Of a stretch of DNA of 64,000 nt, positions 36,511 through 48,155 are shown one piece after another. The first letter of the stretch is position 1, and every line of letters begins with the position of its first letter. The notes under the pieces are model-generated. The model was given only the letters and a program-made list of their open reading frames with translations. It did not search any database and was not told the origin of the DNA. The DNA is from Anaeramoeba ignava BMAN (taxonomy: Eukaryota > Protista > Anaeramoebae), in NCBI GenBank assembly GCA_028826165.1, contig JAPDFW010000067.1, positions 124,001-188,000 of the forward strand. The letters run 5' to 3'. A program made the position numbers and the translations under genes.

Positions 36511-37770
36511 CTATTTTTCCTTTTTATCTTTGTTATTGTTTTCTTGCGAATCTTCTGGTATTTTTGGGAATAAAAACTTCTGGTCAAAATCATAAAGCGT
36601 TGAAAAATCACCCTTTTTAATAGCAGCAAAAACAACACCCAAAAGAGTAGAGGGAACTAAATATAGTAAAGCAGGCTGAGGTTTTTGGAAAATGAGCATA
36701 ACAAGAATAGTGGAAAGAGTGCCTATAAAGTAAGAGATAAAAGAGACCTTAAAATAGAACTGGCTGAAGTGAGTATTATAAAAATGATTCTTTTCTTTTT
36801 CCTTTTCATTTTCATTTTGATTTTGATTTTCATTTTGATTTTCTTTTTCATTTTCATTTTCATTTTCGTTTTCTTTTTCTTTTTCTTTTTCTCTCTCAAC
36901 TAAAAATTGTTCTGAAGTTTGGCGATGAATTTTTTGGAAATAATTTTTATTTGCCAAATAAAAATCAAATCTGATCATCAAACTAATAAGAAGACCAGGA
37001 ACAACAATATCGCCCAAACCAAGCATAGAAAACTCTGAGGCGGAAGACAAGTTCTTTGGGAACATGAGCTTGACAGGACCTTCGATTGCCTTAGCAACAC
37101 CTACCATAACTGGAGTATAAAAGACGAAGTAAATATCATAAAAGAAAAGACCGACAAGTAATAAAACAATGACTTGAAAATTTTGTATTGATAAAACAGC
37201 CACGCCGTTAAAACAGAAAATCAAGCCAAGCAAGTTGTTGATCACCCAATTCTTAGTGAAAATAAACGATAAACCAACCACAACGCCGATTATTCCAGTG
37301 AGCAAATTAGAAACCGTTAGTGAAAATTTTTGTGTGTTTGAAACAAATGGGATTTTTGTTGAAAATTTCCATGGTTGCTTTTTGCGCAGTGATTCGGGAA
37401 GGAAGCGGCGAAGAGTTGTGGAGAAGGCCTCCATAGTGGAGAAGACACCAACGCCGAAGAAGTAAAACATGAGGAGGATATTGACGTATTTTTTGTTGAT
37501 AAATTTGACAACCAAAAATAATCCTGTCAGTATGGATCCTGCTATCAAAGGAAACTGAAGCGCGTCCTTCTTGGACATCGGATCGGCCGTTGGGAACAGC
37601 GTCTCCTCAACTTCATCTTCCTTGTTCTTTTCCTCTTTTGCTTTGTTTCCTGTTTGCAGTGTTTGTTCTAATGTCCGGTATAATCTTGATAACGCCCGTT
37701 TTGATCCAAAATATATCGGAATTAATCCCATCCCGAATAACGAAAAAAACGCAATTAACATTTGTATCAT
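36511..37770 (-). CDS. SPP: Signal peptide peptidase (HM13-like GxGD intramembrane protease), intronless
   Basis: LFFYDIYFVF, PVKLMFP, MLGLGDIVVPG, QPALLYLVP and a C-terminal KKEK ER-retrieval signal. Confidence 0.95.
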   Translation of the reverse strand: MIQMLIAFFSLFGMGLIPIYFGSKRALSRLYRTLEQTLQTGNKAKEEKNKEDEVEETLFPTADPMSKKDALQFPLIAGSILTGLFLVVKFINKKYVNILLMFYFFGVGVFSTMEAFSTTLRRFLPESLRKKQPWKFSTKIPFVSNTQKFSLTVSNLLTGIIGVVVGLSFIFTKNWVINNLLGLIFCFNGVAVLSIQNFQVIVLLLVGLFFYDIYFVFYTPVMVGVAKAIEGPVKLMFPKNLSSASEFSMLGLGDIVVPGLLISLMIRFDFYLANKNYFQKIHRQTSEQFLVEREKEKEKENENENENEKENQNENQNQNENEKEKEKNHFYNTHFSQFYFKVSFISYFIGTLSTILVMLIFQKPQPALLYLVPSTLLGVVFAAIKKGDFSTLYDFDQKFLFPKIPEDSQENNNKDKKEK

Positions 37771-37947
37771 TTTGTTTTGTGTTTGAAATTCTGATTAAAT
37801 ATTTTTACAATTCGAAAAAGAATTGAAAAAAATGAATTTAAAAAAAATGAATTTAAAAAATGAATTTTTAATTTTTAATTTTTAATTTTTTGTTTTTAAA
37901 TCAAAAAAGAAAAAAAAATATTTCTTGAGAAATCATTTCAAATTGGT

Positions 37948-40900
37948 TCAGTTTGTGTTTCCTTGTTGAAGATCATTAAAACGCATTTTAAAAACTTCAC
38001 GAACACGTTGTTGATAATTATCTCTATGAGGTCTTTGTCTTCTTCCATTGAATTTACCGATTCCTTCTCTACCGTTTTGTTCCCAAACTTGAACCGGATC
38101 GACTCTTCCGTGTAAATTTTCTCCAAGACCTTTTCCATCAACATATCCCATTTTTTGCATAATTTTTCCTCCAATATTGTTTTGAATATTGATTCGATCA
38201 ACTTTATGTTGATCCTGATATGAATATTCTTTTTCTTTTTCTTCTTCGTAATTTGTTGCGTTTGGTATTTTTCCGTTCCATTGTATTCTTCTTCTTTCTG
38301 CTGCTCGATCTTTGTAGTTTTTATTACTATTTGCTCGATTTGAATTATAATTATTTTTCCTTTCAAAATTTTCTGTTTTGTTTTTGAAATTCTTTTTATT
38401 GGGAATTTTGCTTTTGGAAATTTCTTTAAATTCTCCAGTTAAATTTTCAGTTGAATTGTCAATTACTTTTTCTGTTGATTCTTCATTTGTTTGATTTGAG
38501 CTTTGTTTTATTGGAGGTGTAAAAATTTCATGTTGTCTTTTATTCCACATTTGCAGTTTTTTTGCTAATTCTTGTGATTTTTTTGTTTTTTTTCTTTTAA
38601 TAACTCTTCCAAAAACATTCACTTTTGGTTTTTCTTCTTTTTTTGGTTCTTTTGTTTGGGTTTCTATATTTGTTTGTTGTTGAAATACAAATTGTGTGAA
38701 TTGTTTTGTATTTTCATCATAAGTGTAATAAATTCTTGTTTTAGGATCATAAAACATTCCTGAATTTTCATCAAACAAATAGCCTGTCGATTGTTCAAAA
38801 TATGTTGAATTTTGTGGATCGAATTGCAATTTTAAAGATCCAAATAAAGAAGGTGTAAATTTAATTTGATTATTTTCATTTTGAATTGGATTTTGTAATT
38901 GATTTTGAATTTGATTTTGAATTTGATTTTGAATTGGATTTTGTAATTGATTTTGAATTGGATTTTGTAATTGATTTTGAATTGGATTTTGTAATTGATT
39001 TTGAATTGGATTTTGTAATTGATTTTGAATTGGATTTTGTAATTGATTTTGAATTGGATTTTGAATTGGATTTTGAATTGGATTTTGAATTGGATTTTGA
39101 ATTGGATTTTGAATTGGATCAAAAATTTGTTGATAATCTTGTTGGAAATTTGGATCATAATATTGTTGATAATTTTGATAATCTTGTTGGAAATTTGGAT
39201 CATAATTTTGTTGATAATTTTGATAATCTTGTTGGAAATTTGGATCATAATTAACTGAATCCTTAGTTTGTGGATTAGAATAAGTTCCTTGGGCATATTG
39301 ATGCCATTGTGCATATTGTAGTGCTTCTTGAGCCAAAGGATTTTGTGAGGTTGCTCGAACCATTTCTTGACCATAAGTAATAGAAACTTCAGTATCTCCA
39401 ATACGGAAATGACTTCGAGTTTTTTCAAACGCTTCTCGACATCCATCAATTGTTTTGAATTCAACAAAGGCAAATCCTTTTGGAAGATGAGTAACTCGAT
39501 CATAAATGATTCTTATATCTTTAACTGGTGCATAAGGTGAGAATATATCCCATAGCTTATCCCATAATTATTAAATAAATGTTGAAGAAAATAAATGAAT
39601 AAAGAATATTTATATGAATTGATTTGATTTTTTTTTTTAATTTTTATATTCTGCTTCAAGTAAAATTAAACTCATGTTGATTTTTATGAATAAAGCAAGT
39701 AGTTGTTTTGGGGTTTTTTTTTTACTTCTTCTTGTGTAATTTCGGGATCTAATCCACGAACCATGAGGATATTTGTTGGTTCCTAATTGAATTAATTGAA
39801 TTTTTTGAATTAATTGAATTTTTTAAATTAATTGAATTTTTTAAATTAATTGAATTAATTGAATTTTTTAAATTAATTGAATTAATTGAATTTTTTAAAT
39901 TAATTGAATTAATTGAATTTTTTAAATTAATTGAATTAATTGAATTTTTTAAATTAATTGAATTAATTGAATTTTTTAAATTAATTTACATTTGAATTTT
40001 TCTTTTGATCTTTTTCCTGTTTTGGAGTTGTATAATCAAGTTGAATTTGTGCATCTTGTACAAAAAATCCTTTTTTTTTACAATATTCATAAAAATTTTG
40101 AGCATATTTTATTGATTCAAATTCAATAAAACCAAATCCTTTTGATAATTTTGTTTCACGATCCATAATTAATCGAACATCTTTAATACCATCAACACCA
40201 ATAAGATTTTTTTGAATTGTATCGAGATCAATATATGGATCTAATCTTCTCATAATTAATGTGTTTGTTGGACCGACTTCGACCCAACTTGAATTACGAG
40301 AATGAGATGATCCATCATTTCGTTTTCTATTAATTCTTGGTGATTTATCTTTTTATAATATTAAAATATTAAATAATATTAAATATAAAATATAAAATAT
40401 AAAATAATAAATATTATATAATATTAAATATTAAATAATAAATAATAAATATTAAATATTAAATATTAAATAATATAAAATATTAAATATAAAATATAAA
40501 ATATAAAATAATATTAAATATAAAATAATATTAAATATTAAATAATAAAATTGTATTGAAGAAACCTCTTGAATGCCTTTCGTTATAATCATCCTGATAG
40601 GAATAACTATCAGATTCAGTTGATTCATAAGAAGAATCTGCAGATCTTTTACGACGATGTTTAGATTTTTTAGAAAAACTATCATTATGATGGTGATGAT
40701 GAGCATTTTTATCACTACTATGACTGCTATGACTATGGTGCTCATGGCGATGCGCAGATTCCTTTTTATCAAGCAACTTTTTATTCGACTTCTTATGGAA
40801 ATGGCGACTTTCTTTTGAATCGTATTTTTCCGTTTTTTCCTTACTCTTCGTATGACTTCTATCGCTTGAATAACTATCTCCATAATCTTTTGAATGCCTA

Positions 40901-41179
40901 TCTTTTATATGTACATCTTTGATCTTATCACCATCTTTAAATATAAGATGAGATAAAAAGATAATCAAAGAAGGCAACAAAAAGAAAGTTGCACAAATAA
41001 AAGATTCGAGACATCCCGAAAAAACATAATATTAGTTATTGAAGATGAGAACATCGTTAACAATCTGTGTTACGATGCTGTTTATTCATGTTTTCTCCTT
41101 CGTTTTCGTATTCTATCATCTTTTTCCGTTTTTCTTTCGTTTTTCGTTTTTCTTTTCTTTCTTGTTTTTTAGATGACAT
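37948..41179 (-). CDS. RBM5/RBM10-like splicing regulator: 2 RRM, OCRE and G-patch, ~5 exons
   Basis: RRM1 SKGFGFIEF, RRM2 PKGFAFVEF, OCRE GYLFDENSGMFYDPKTRIYY, YKDRAAERRR, G-patch NIGGKIMQKMGYVDGKGLG; probable ATG at 41179. Confidence 0.85.
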
Positions 41180-41460
41180 AATTCCGTTCGTTTCAATTTT
41201 CGGTTTTTACTTTATAAATGATTTTTTTGTTATTATTTTTTTTTGGAAAATGAAAAATGAAAAAAATGAAAAATGAAAAAAAAAAATTATTTTTTAAATT
41301 TAAATTTGTTTTTTTTTTTATAAACTTTTTGTTCTTTTTTGAATAAAACAAAAAAGAAAAAATCAGAAGAAAATTAAAAAGAAATTATTTTGTGTTCCAC
41401 ATTTTTGTTGAAATTTAATTTAAAATTTGAATTTGAATTTAAAATTTGAATTTAAAAATT

Positions 41461-43423
41461 TTAATTTTGATAATTCTTTAATTCTTTCAATTTAATTTGT
41501 TTTATTGCTTCCAAAATTTCAATTTGTTTTTGAATTGAAAAATTATTTGAATTAGCATTTTGATCAAATGAGAATTTTGTTTCATTTATTAAAGTAATAA
41601 AAGTATAAGTTCCTTTCCAAAGTTTAAAATGAGGATTTTGAAGAGATAAATCAACTTGACTATTTCTTTCCTCAACTTGGATTACTTTGAATTTATCAAT
41701 TTTACTTAAAAAGAATGATTGAATTTGTTCTCTTGAAAAAGAAGTTGTTTTTTGATTTGAAGAAACAAGATGATAAACAATGTCTATAAAATTCAATAAA
41801 TTCAAAGGACCAAAAGTTTGAAGAATAAATTCTCCAGTTTGATTTAATTGATTTTCTAAAGGAATTTGTTTTTGATTTTCTAAAGGAATTTGATTTTGAT
41901 TTTCTAAAGGAGTTTGTTTTTGATTTTCTAAAGGAATTTGTTTTTGTTTTTTTCTTCGTTGTTTTCCATTTTGTTTTTGTTTTTTAATTTGAATTTGATT
42001 TTTAATTTGATTTTCATTTTGAATTTGATTTTGAATTTGATTTTGAATTTGATTTTGAATTTGATTTAATTGATTTTGATTTTGAATTTGATTTAATTGA
42101 TCACGAGGAACTTCTTTTTTTTCGAAAAATTTCTTTTCGAAATTTGAAGAATTATCAATTTTTTGATTCTGATCTTTTTCTCGTGATGAAATTCCTTTGC
42201 ATTCAGTATCAAGTGAAACAATATTTGATTTGATTACAAATGGGAACATTTTTGAAAAAAATTCATGTAAAGAACCCATTTGTTGTTTAATTAATTGATG
42301 AGCTTCTTTTCCGAAATTATCAATAAGTTTTTTTTGAAGAAATGATAAATTTTTTGATCCATGATTTTGAAGTAATTGTTCAAAAAAATTTGTGATTTGA
42401 CGTAAATTAGTTTGTTTGTGTGAATGATGCTTATTAGGGTATTGCCTTTTTTGATTTTGATTTTGATTTTGATTTTGATTTTGATGATTTTGATTTTGAT
42501 TTTGATTTTTATTTTGTTGATTTTGATTTTGATGTGGATTTGGTTTTGGATTTGATTTTTGATTTATTTTTGGATTTGGTTTTGATTTTTTAGAATTTAT
42601 ATCTTTAAGATGCTCTTGTTTTAAATCATTTTTTGGTTGGTTTTTATCCTGAGGTTGAGATTCTAATTTATTTAACTGATTTCGAATATCATCACTTTTT
42701 CCAAGTGTCTTATTTGGAAGTTGTTTATCATTATCAGTATCAGTATCAGTATCAGTATCAGTATCAGTATCAGTATCAGTATCAGTTCCAGTATCAGTTT
42801 CGCTTTCAGTTTCACTATCGATTTGATTATCCACTTCTTTTTTTTTTTCTTTGCTTGTTTGTGTTTTTTTTGAGTTTTCATCAACATGATAATCATTCTT
42901 TAGATCAATTGTCTCATCTTTAATATCTTTTGTTGTTTTTTTTGAATTAGGTTCTTTGGATTTAGTTTTTGAATTTTTTGATATTTTTAGATTAGAATTC
43001 AATTTTGAAGTTTCAATATTTGTTTCTGGGTTTAAATTGTTTCTAATAGGACCACTATTACTTTGATTTACTTTAGTTTTATTTTGTTTTTGTTTTTTAT
43101 CACTTTCAGTATCAGTTTCACTTTCAGTATCAGTTCCTGTATCAGTTTCAGTTTCAGTTTCAGTTTCAGTTTCACTTTCATTTTCAGTTTCACTTTCAGT
43201 TTCACTTTCACTTTCACTTTTATTTTGATTTAGATTTTGATTTAGATTTTGATTTTGATTTTGATTTTGATTTTGATTTAGATTTTGATTTTGATTTAAA
43301 TTTTGATTTTGATTTTTAATTTGATTTTGATTTTGAATTTGATTTTGATTTAGATTTTGATTTAAATTTTGATTTTGATTTTGAATTTGATTTTGATTTT
43401 CACTTTCACTTTCACTTTCATTT

Positions 43424-43462
<39 letters not shown>

Positions 43463-44429
43463 CTTTCACTTTTACTTTCACTTTCAGATTTTAGTTTATT
43501 CATATCTTTATTCTCGTTTTCATTTTTTCCTTTATTTCTTTGAATTTGATTTTGATTTTGATTTGTATTTCTTTGAATTTGAATTTGATTTTGATTTTGA
43601 ATTTGATTTTGATTTTGATTTGTGTTTTGATTAATAGAGAAATTATTTTTCTCAGTTTCATCATCGCTTGTATAACTTGTATCAGTTTCATCATCGCTTG
43701 TATAACTTGTATTAGTTGTATCACTTGTATCACTTGTATCACTTGTATCACTTGTATCAGTTGTATAGCTTGTATTAGTTGTATCACTTTCGTTTTGGAG
43801 TTTTAATGGACTTTGATTAGATAATTTTTCATTTGTTTTTGCAGCTGAAAAATGCGAACTTTTTGAACCTTTTTGAACTTTTGCATTCGATTTAGTTTTT
43901 GAATCATTTTTTGAATCAGTTTTCTTTTTATTTATTGATCTAGAATTTCTTGATTTGATTTCATTTTCTTTTATTGGATTTTTGTTTCCTGAAATTTTTA
44001 AAAAAAATCCTTTTTTTGGATTGAATTGAATTGCTTTGTTTTTTTTAAATAAACTAATAAATATAAATATAAATATAAATATAGAAATAAATATAAATAT
44101 AAATATAAATATAAATATAAATATAAATATAAATATAAATATAAATATAAATATAAATATAAATATAAATATAAATATAAATATAAATATAAATATAATT
44201 ATAATTATAAATATAATTATAAATATAAATATAAATATAAATATAAATACAAATACAATTATAAAAAATATTTTTACTTTTGAAAATCTTCAACAGTTTT
44301 AATTTTGGAAGTTGAAACTTTTTTTTGCTTTAATCCTTGTTTTAATTTTTTAAATGACATCGTTTCCCCTTTTTCTTGCAGTATTTTGAATGCAGTTGAA
44401 AGAATTTGGTCATTTCTTGTTTGTGACAT
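41461..44429 (-). CDS. Low-complexity protein with 2-3 winged-helix-like (LOTUS/OST-HTH/Egl-like) modules, 2 exons
   Basis: Exon 1 MSQTRNDQILSTAFKILQEKGETMSFKKLKQGL; intron 44034-44277 joins in frame to ORF 41461-43503; module FFEQLLQNHGSKNLSFLQKKL...MGSLHEFFSKMFPFVIKSNIVSL. Confidence 0.65.
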
Positions 44430-44572
44430 TTGGAAAAAGAATAAAAAAAAAATATAAAAGGAAAAAAAGGAAAAAAAAAGGAAAAAATGAATTTTTATTT
44501 TTTTATTTTTTTATTTATCAAAATTACTAATTTTTTTATTTTCATTTTTTTTTTTAAATATTAAAAAAAGAT

Positions 44573-45387
44573 ATGAAATTAATTTTTCAATTATTTTTAT
44601 TATTATTTTTTAATTTCCTCTCATTTGTTTATTCAACAAATTGTGGTCAATATAAAACTAAATCAGATTGTATATGTAATTTATTAATTAGTTAATTTTA
44701 TTTGCAAAATTTTTAAATAATTTTATTTATATTTTTATAATTAAAAAAAAAAAAGATAGTAAAGATTCATGTAAATGTGGTTGGTATGCTTGTTCAAGTG
44801 AAGGAAATCCTGATTTAGTAATCCAAAAAAAATATATTTTTTTGTTTAATAATATTAATATAAATAACAAAAATATTTTCAATTTCTTTAGGGATATCAG
44901 TAAAAATTTATTTATTCTTTTTTTATAAACAAATCTTTTAAAGCAATTTAAAATTAAAATTAAAATTAAAATTAAAATTAAAATTAAAATTAAAATTAAA
45001 ATTAAAATTAAAATTAAAATTAAAATTAAAATTAAAATTATAAAATTAAAAATCAAAATTAAAATTCAAATTAAAATTAAAATTAATATTAAAATTAAAA
45101 TTAAATTTAAAATTAAAATTAAAATTAATTTATAAAATTAAAATTATAATTAAAATATTAGATGGTGTTTGGAAGGTGATAAAACTGGAACTAAAAAATT
45201 TGTTTCAATAACAAAATGTTCAAATACAACAGATGGATATATTTATACTTTTTATTGCAAAAAATATTTATCAAATCTTGCAATTGCTATAATAGTAATT
45301 GTTGGAATTTTGTTAATTTCAGGAATTGTTTATTATTTTATTAAAAAGAAAAAAGATAAAAGAGCATTTTATGAACAAGTTAAATAA
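44573..45387 (+). CDS. Small type-I membrane protein with signal peptide, Cys-rich PSI-like ectodomain (PTTG1IP-like) and YEQV tail, 4 exons including an 8-nt microexon
   Basis: MKLIFQLFLLL...TNCGQYKTKSDCI|YSKDSCKCGWYAC...DL|GY|QWCLEG...C...C..TM-KKKKDKRAFYEQVK. Confidence 0.75.
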
Positions 45388-45429
45388 TTTTTCTTTATAT
45401 TTCTTTCAATAAAAAAATTTTTTTATTTT

Positions 45430-46545
45430 TATTTTTGTTTGTGTTTTTGTTTTTATATTTGTTTTTGTTTTTATATTTGTTTTTGTTTATATTTGTTTTT
45501 ATATTTGTTTTTATATTTGTTTGTGTTTTTATATTTGTTTTTATTTGTGTGTTTATGTTTTTGTTTTTATTTTTGTTTTTGTTTTTATATTTGTTTTTGT
45601 TTTTATATTTGTTTTTATTTGTGTTTTTATATTTGTTTGTGTTTTTATTTTTATTTTTGTTTTTATATTTGTTTTTATATTTGTTTTTATATTTGTTTTT
45701 GTTTGTGTTTTTATTTGTGTTTTTGTTTTTATATTTTTTTATTTTTTGTAAATTTGTTTTTCAGTGTTTTTATATTTGTTTTTGTTTTTGTTTTTGTTTT
45801 TGTTTTTTTGTTTTTGTTTTTTTTTTGTTTTTTTTTTTATATTTGTTTTATTTTTTGTTTTTTTGTTTTTTTTTTGTTTTTATTTTGTTTTGTTTTTGTT
45901 TTGTTTTTTTTTTATTTTTTTTTATATTTGTTTTTATATTTGTTTTTTTGTTTTTTTTTTGTTTTGTTTTTTTATTTTTTTGTTTTTATATTTGTTTTTA
46001 TATTTTTTTTTTTTTTTTTTGTTTTTGTTTTTTTTTTGTTTTTGTTTTTGTTTTTTTTTTTTTTTTTTTTTTTTTTTGTTTTTTTGTTTTTATTTTTTTT
46101 TTTTATATTTTTTTTTTTTTTTTGTTTTGTTTTTGTTTTTTGTTTTTGTTTTTATTTTTTTTTTTTGTTTTTGTTTTTTTTTTTGTTTTTTGTTTTTTTT
46201 TGTTTTTCTTTTTTGTTTTTGTTTTTTATTTTTGTTTTTTTTTTTTTGTTTTTTTGTTTTTTTATTTTTGTTTTTTTTTATTTTGTTTTTGTTTTTGTTT
46301 TTGTTTTTGTTTTTGTTTTTATATTTGTTTGTGTTTTTGTTTTTATTTTTATATTTGTTTTTGTTTTTGTTTTTGTTTTTGTTTTTGTTTTTATATTTGT
46401 TTTTGTTTTTGTTTTTGTTTTTGTTTTTATTTGTGTTTTTGTTTTTGTTTGTGTTTTTGTTTTTATTTTTATATTTGTTTTTATATTTGTTTTTGTTTTT
46501 GTTTTTGTTTTTGTTTTTGTTTTTATATTTGTTTTTGTTTTTGAA
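45430..46545. repeat. Intergenic T-rich low-complexity tract (TTTTTG / TTTATATTTG)n
   Basis: Direct inspection; degenerates into long T runs in the middle. Confidence 0.9.
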
Positions 46546-46548
46546 TGT

Positions 46549-46616
46549 AAGCAAAAAAATTGAATCTTTAATCATTATTTTTGAAGAAAAATTCAAAAGA
46601 TTCACCCGATCTGCTT
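46549..46616. ncRNA. Candidate structured small RNA hairpin (H/ACA-like geometry)
   Basis: Nested stems AAGCA/TGCTT and TGAATCTTT/AAAGATTCA with a symmetric internal loop; ACA follows the hairpin on the minus strand. Confidence 0.2.
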
Positions 46617-46794
46617 TTTAAAAAATAATCTTTCTACATTGTTTTAATTGGTTAAATTTATAAAAAAAGAAAAAAAACCAATTTATTTTAAAGAAATTAA
46701 AACAAAAAGTAGAAGAAAAAAATGAAAAAAAAATTTTAAGAAAAAAAAAAATATTTTTTCAATTTTTTTTTCAAATTTTTTCTATTTATTATTT

Positions 46795-48093
46795 ATGGAA
46801 ATTGATAAGTGGATTGAAAAGCTTTTGGAATGTAAATTTATTCCTGAAAATATTTACAAAGAATTATGCGAAAAATGCAAAGAAATTTTAATTGAAGAAA
46901 ATAATGTACATCCTATTAAATCACCAGTTACAATTTGTGGGAATATTCATGGGTTTGAAGAAAAAAATCCAAAACAAATTAATATTTAAAAAACATAATT
47001 TAGAGAAAATGTTCATGTGAAAAATGAAATCAATATTTTTAAATCAATAGCCAATTTAATGCTTTATTAGAAATTTTTAGAATTGGAGGTGAATTATCAT
47101 CAACTAATTATGTTTTTCTTGGAGATTATGTCGATATTGGATATTATAGCTTGGAAACTTTTTCTTTGCTTCTTGCTCTTAAGATCAAGTATATCAACTT
47201 ATTAATTGATTATTTTATTCAATAAGTGGTTTATTATTTTTATTTTGTTTGAAAAAAAAGATATCCAGAAAAAATTTTCCTTTTGCGTGGAAATCATGAA
47301 TCAAAACATTTAAGTTATTCACTTGGTTTTTATAAGGAATGTGTAAAAAAATATGGAAGTATTCATCCTTGGAAATATTCTTGTCAAGTTTTCAACTATC
47401 TTCCTATTGCAGCTGTAGATATTTTTTTATTCAAACAATGTTTTGGTTTGATATTAAATGTTGATTTTATTTAAATTTTTTTTTATAAGATAATTGATGG
47501 AAGTATTTTTTGCATTCATGGAGGACTTTCTCCAAGTAAATTTAAAAAAATTCAAGAATTCAAACTGAAAAAAATCCAAAAAATTTAAATTGAAAAAAAA
47601 TGAAAGGAATTAATACAATTGACCAAATTAGAGGAATTGATAGAATGAAAGAAATTCCTGAAAAAGGTTCATTTTGTGATCTTATTTGGAGTGATCCAGA
47701 TACTGATGATGGATGGCATGAATCACCAAGAGGTGGTGGTTTTTTATTTGGAAATGATATCATTTTGGAATTTTGTAGAATTAATGATTTGGATTTAATT
47801 TGTCGTTCACATTCATTAATCCAAAATGGTTATGAATATAAATTTGAAGATGAAAAATTAGGTTTATATTATTTCTTTTAGAAAATTTGGTTCAATTAAA
47901 ATTTTCATTTCATTTCATTTTATTAAAAATAGTTACAATTTGGTCTACTCCTAATTTTTGTAATAGAGCTGGGAATTCTGCTTCAATTCTCCAAATTGAT
48001 GAAAATCTTAATCGTTCATTTAAAATTTTTATTGATGATTTTGAAGAAAAAGAAAAAAAGAAAAAAAAGAAAAAGAAATTGAACTTGTTTTAA
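46795..48093 (+). CDS. PP6/Sit4-like PPP catalytic-subunit paralog with substituted active site, 6 exons
   Basis: [11 protein letters not shown]|[54 protein letters not shown]. Confidence 0.9.
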
Positions 48094-48155
48094 TGAATTG
48101 AAAGGAAACAAAAATAAAAGAAAAAATATAAGAGAAAAAAAAGGATTTGCTGAAA

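Noticed and set aside
13621-37770. Presenilin and SPP as a functional GxGD protease cluster
   Set aside because: They are 21 kb apart with unrelated genes between, and no nicastrin, APH-1 or PEN-2 was recognised; probably coincidental
46549-46616. SECIS element
   Set aside because: No AUGA/GA non-Watson-Crick quartet, and no in-frame TGA in the adjacent genes
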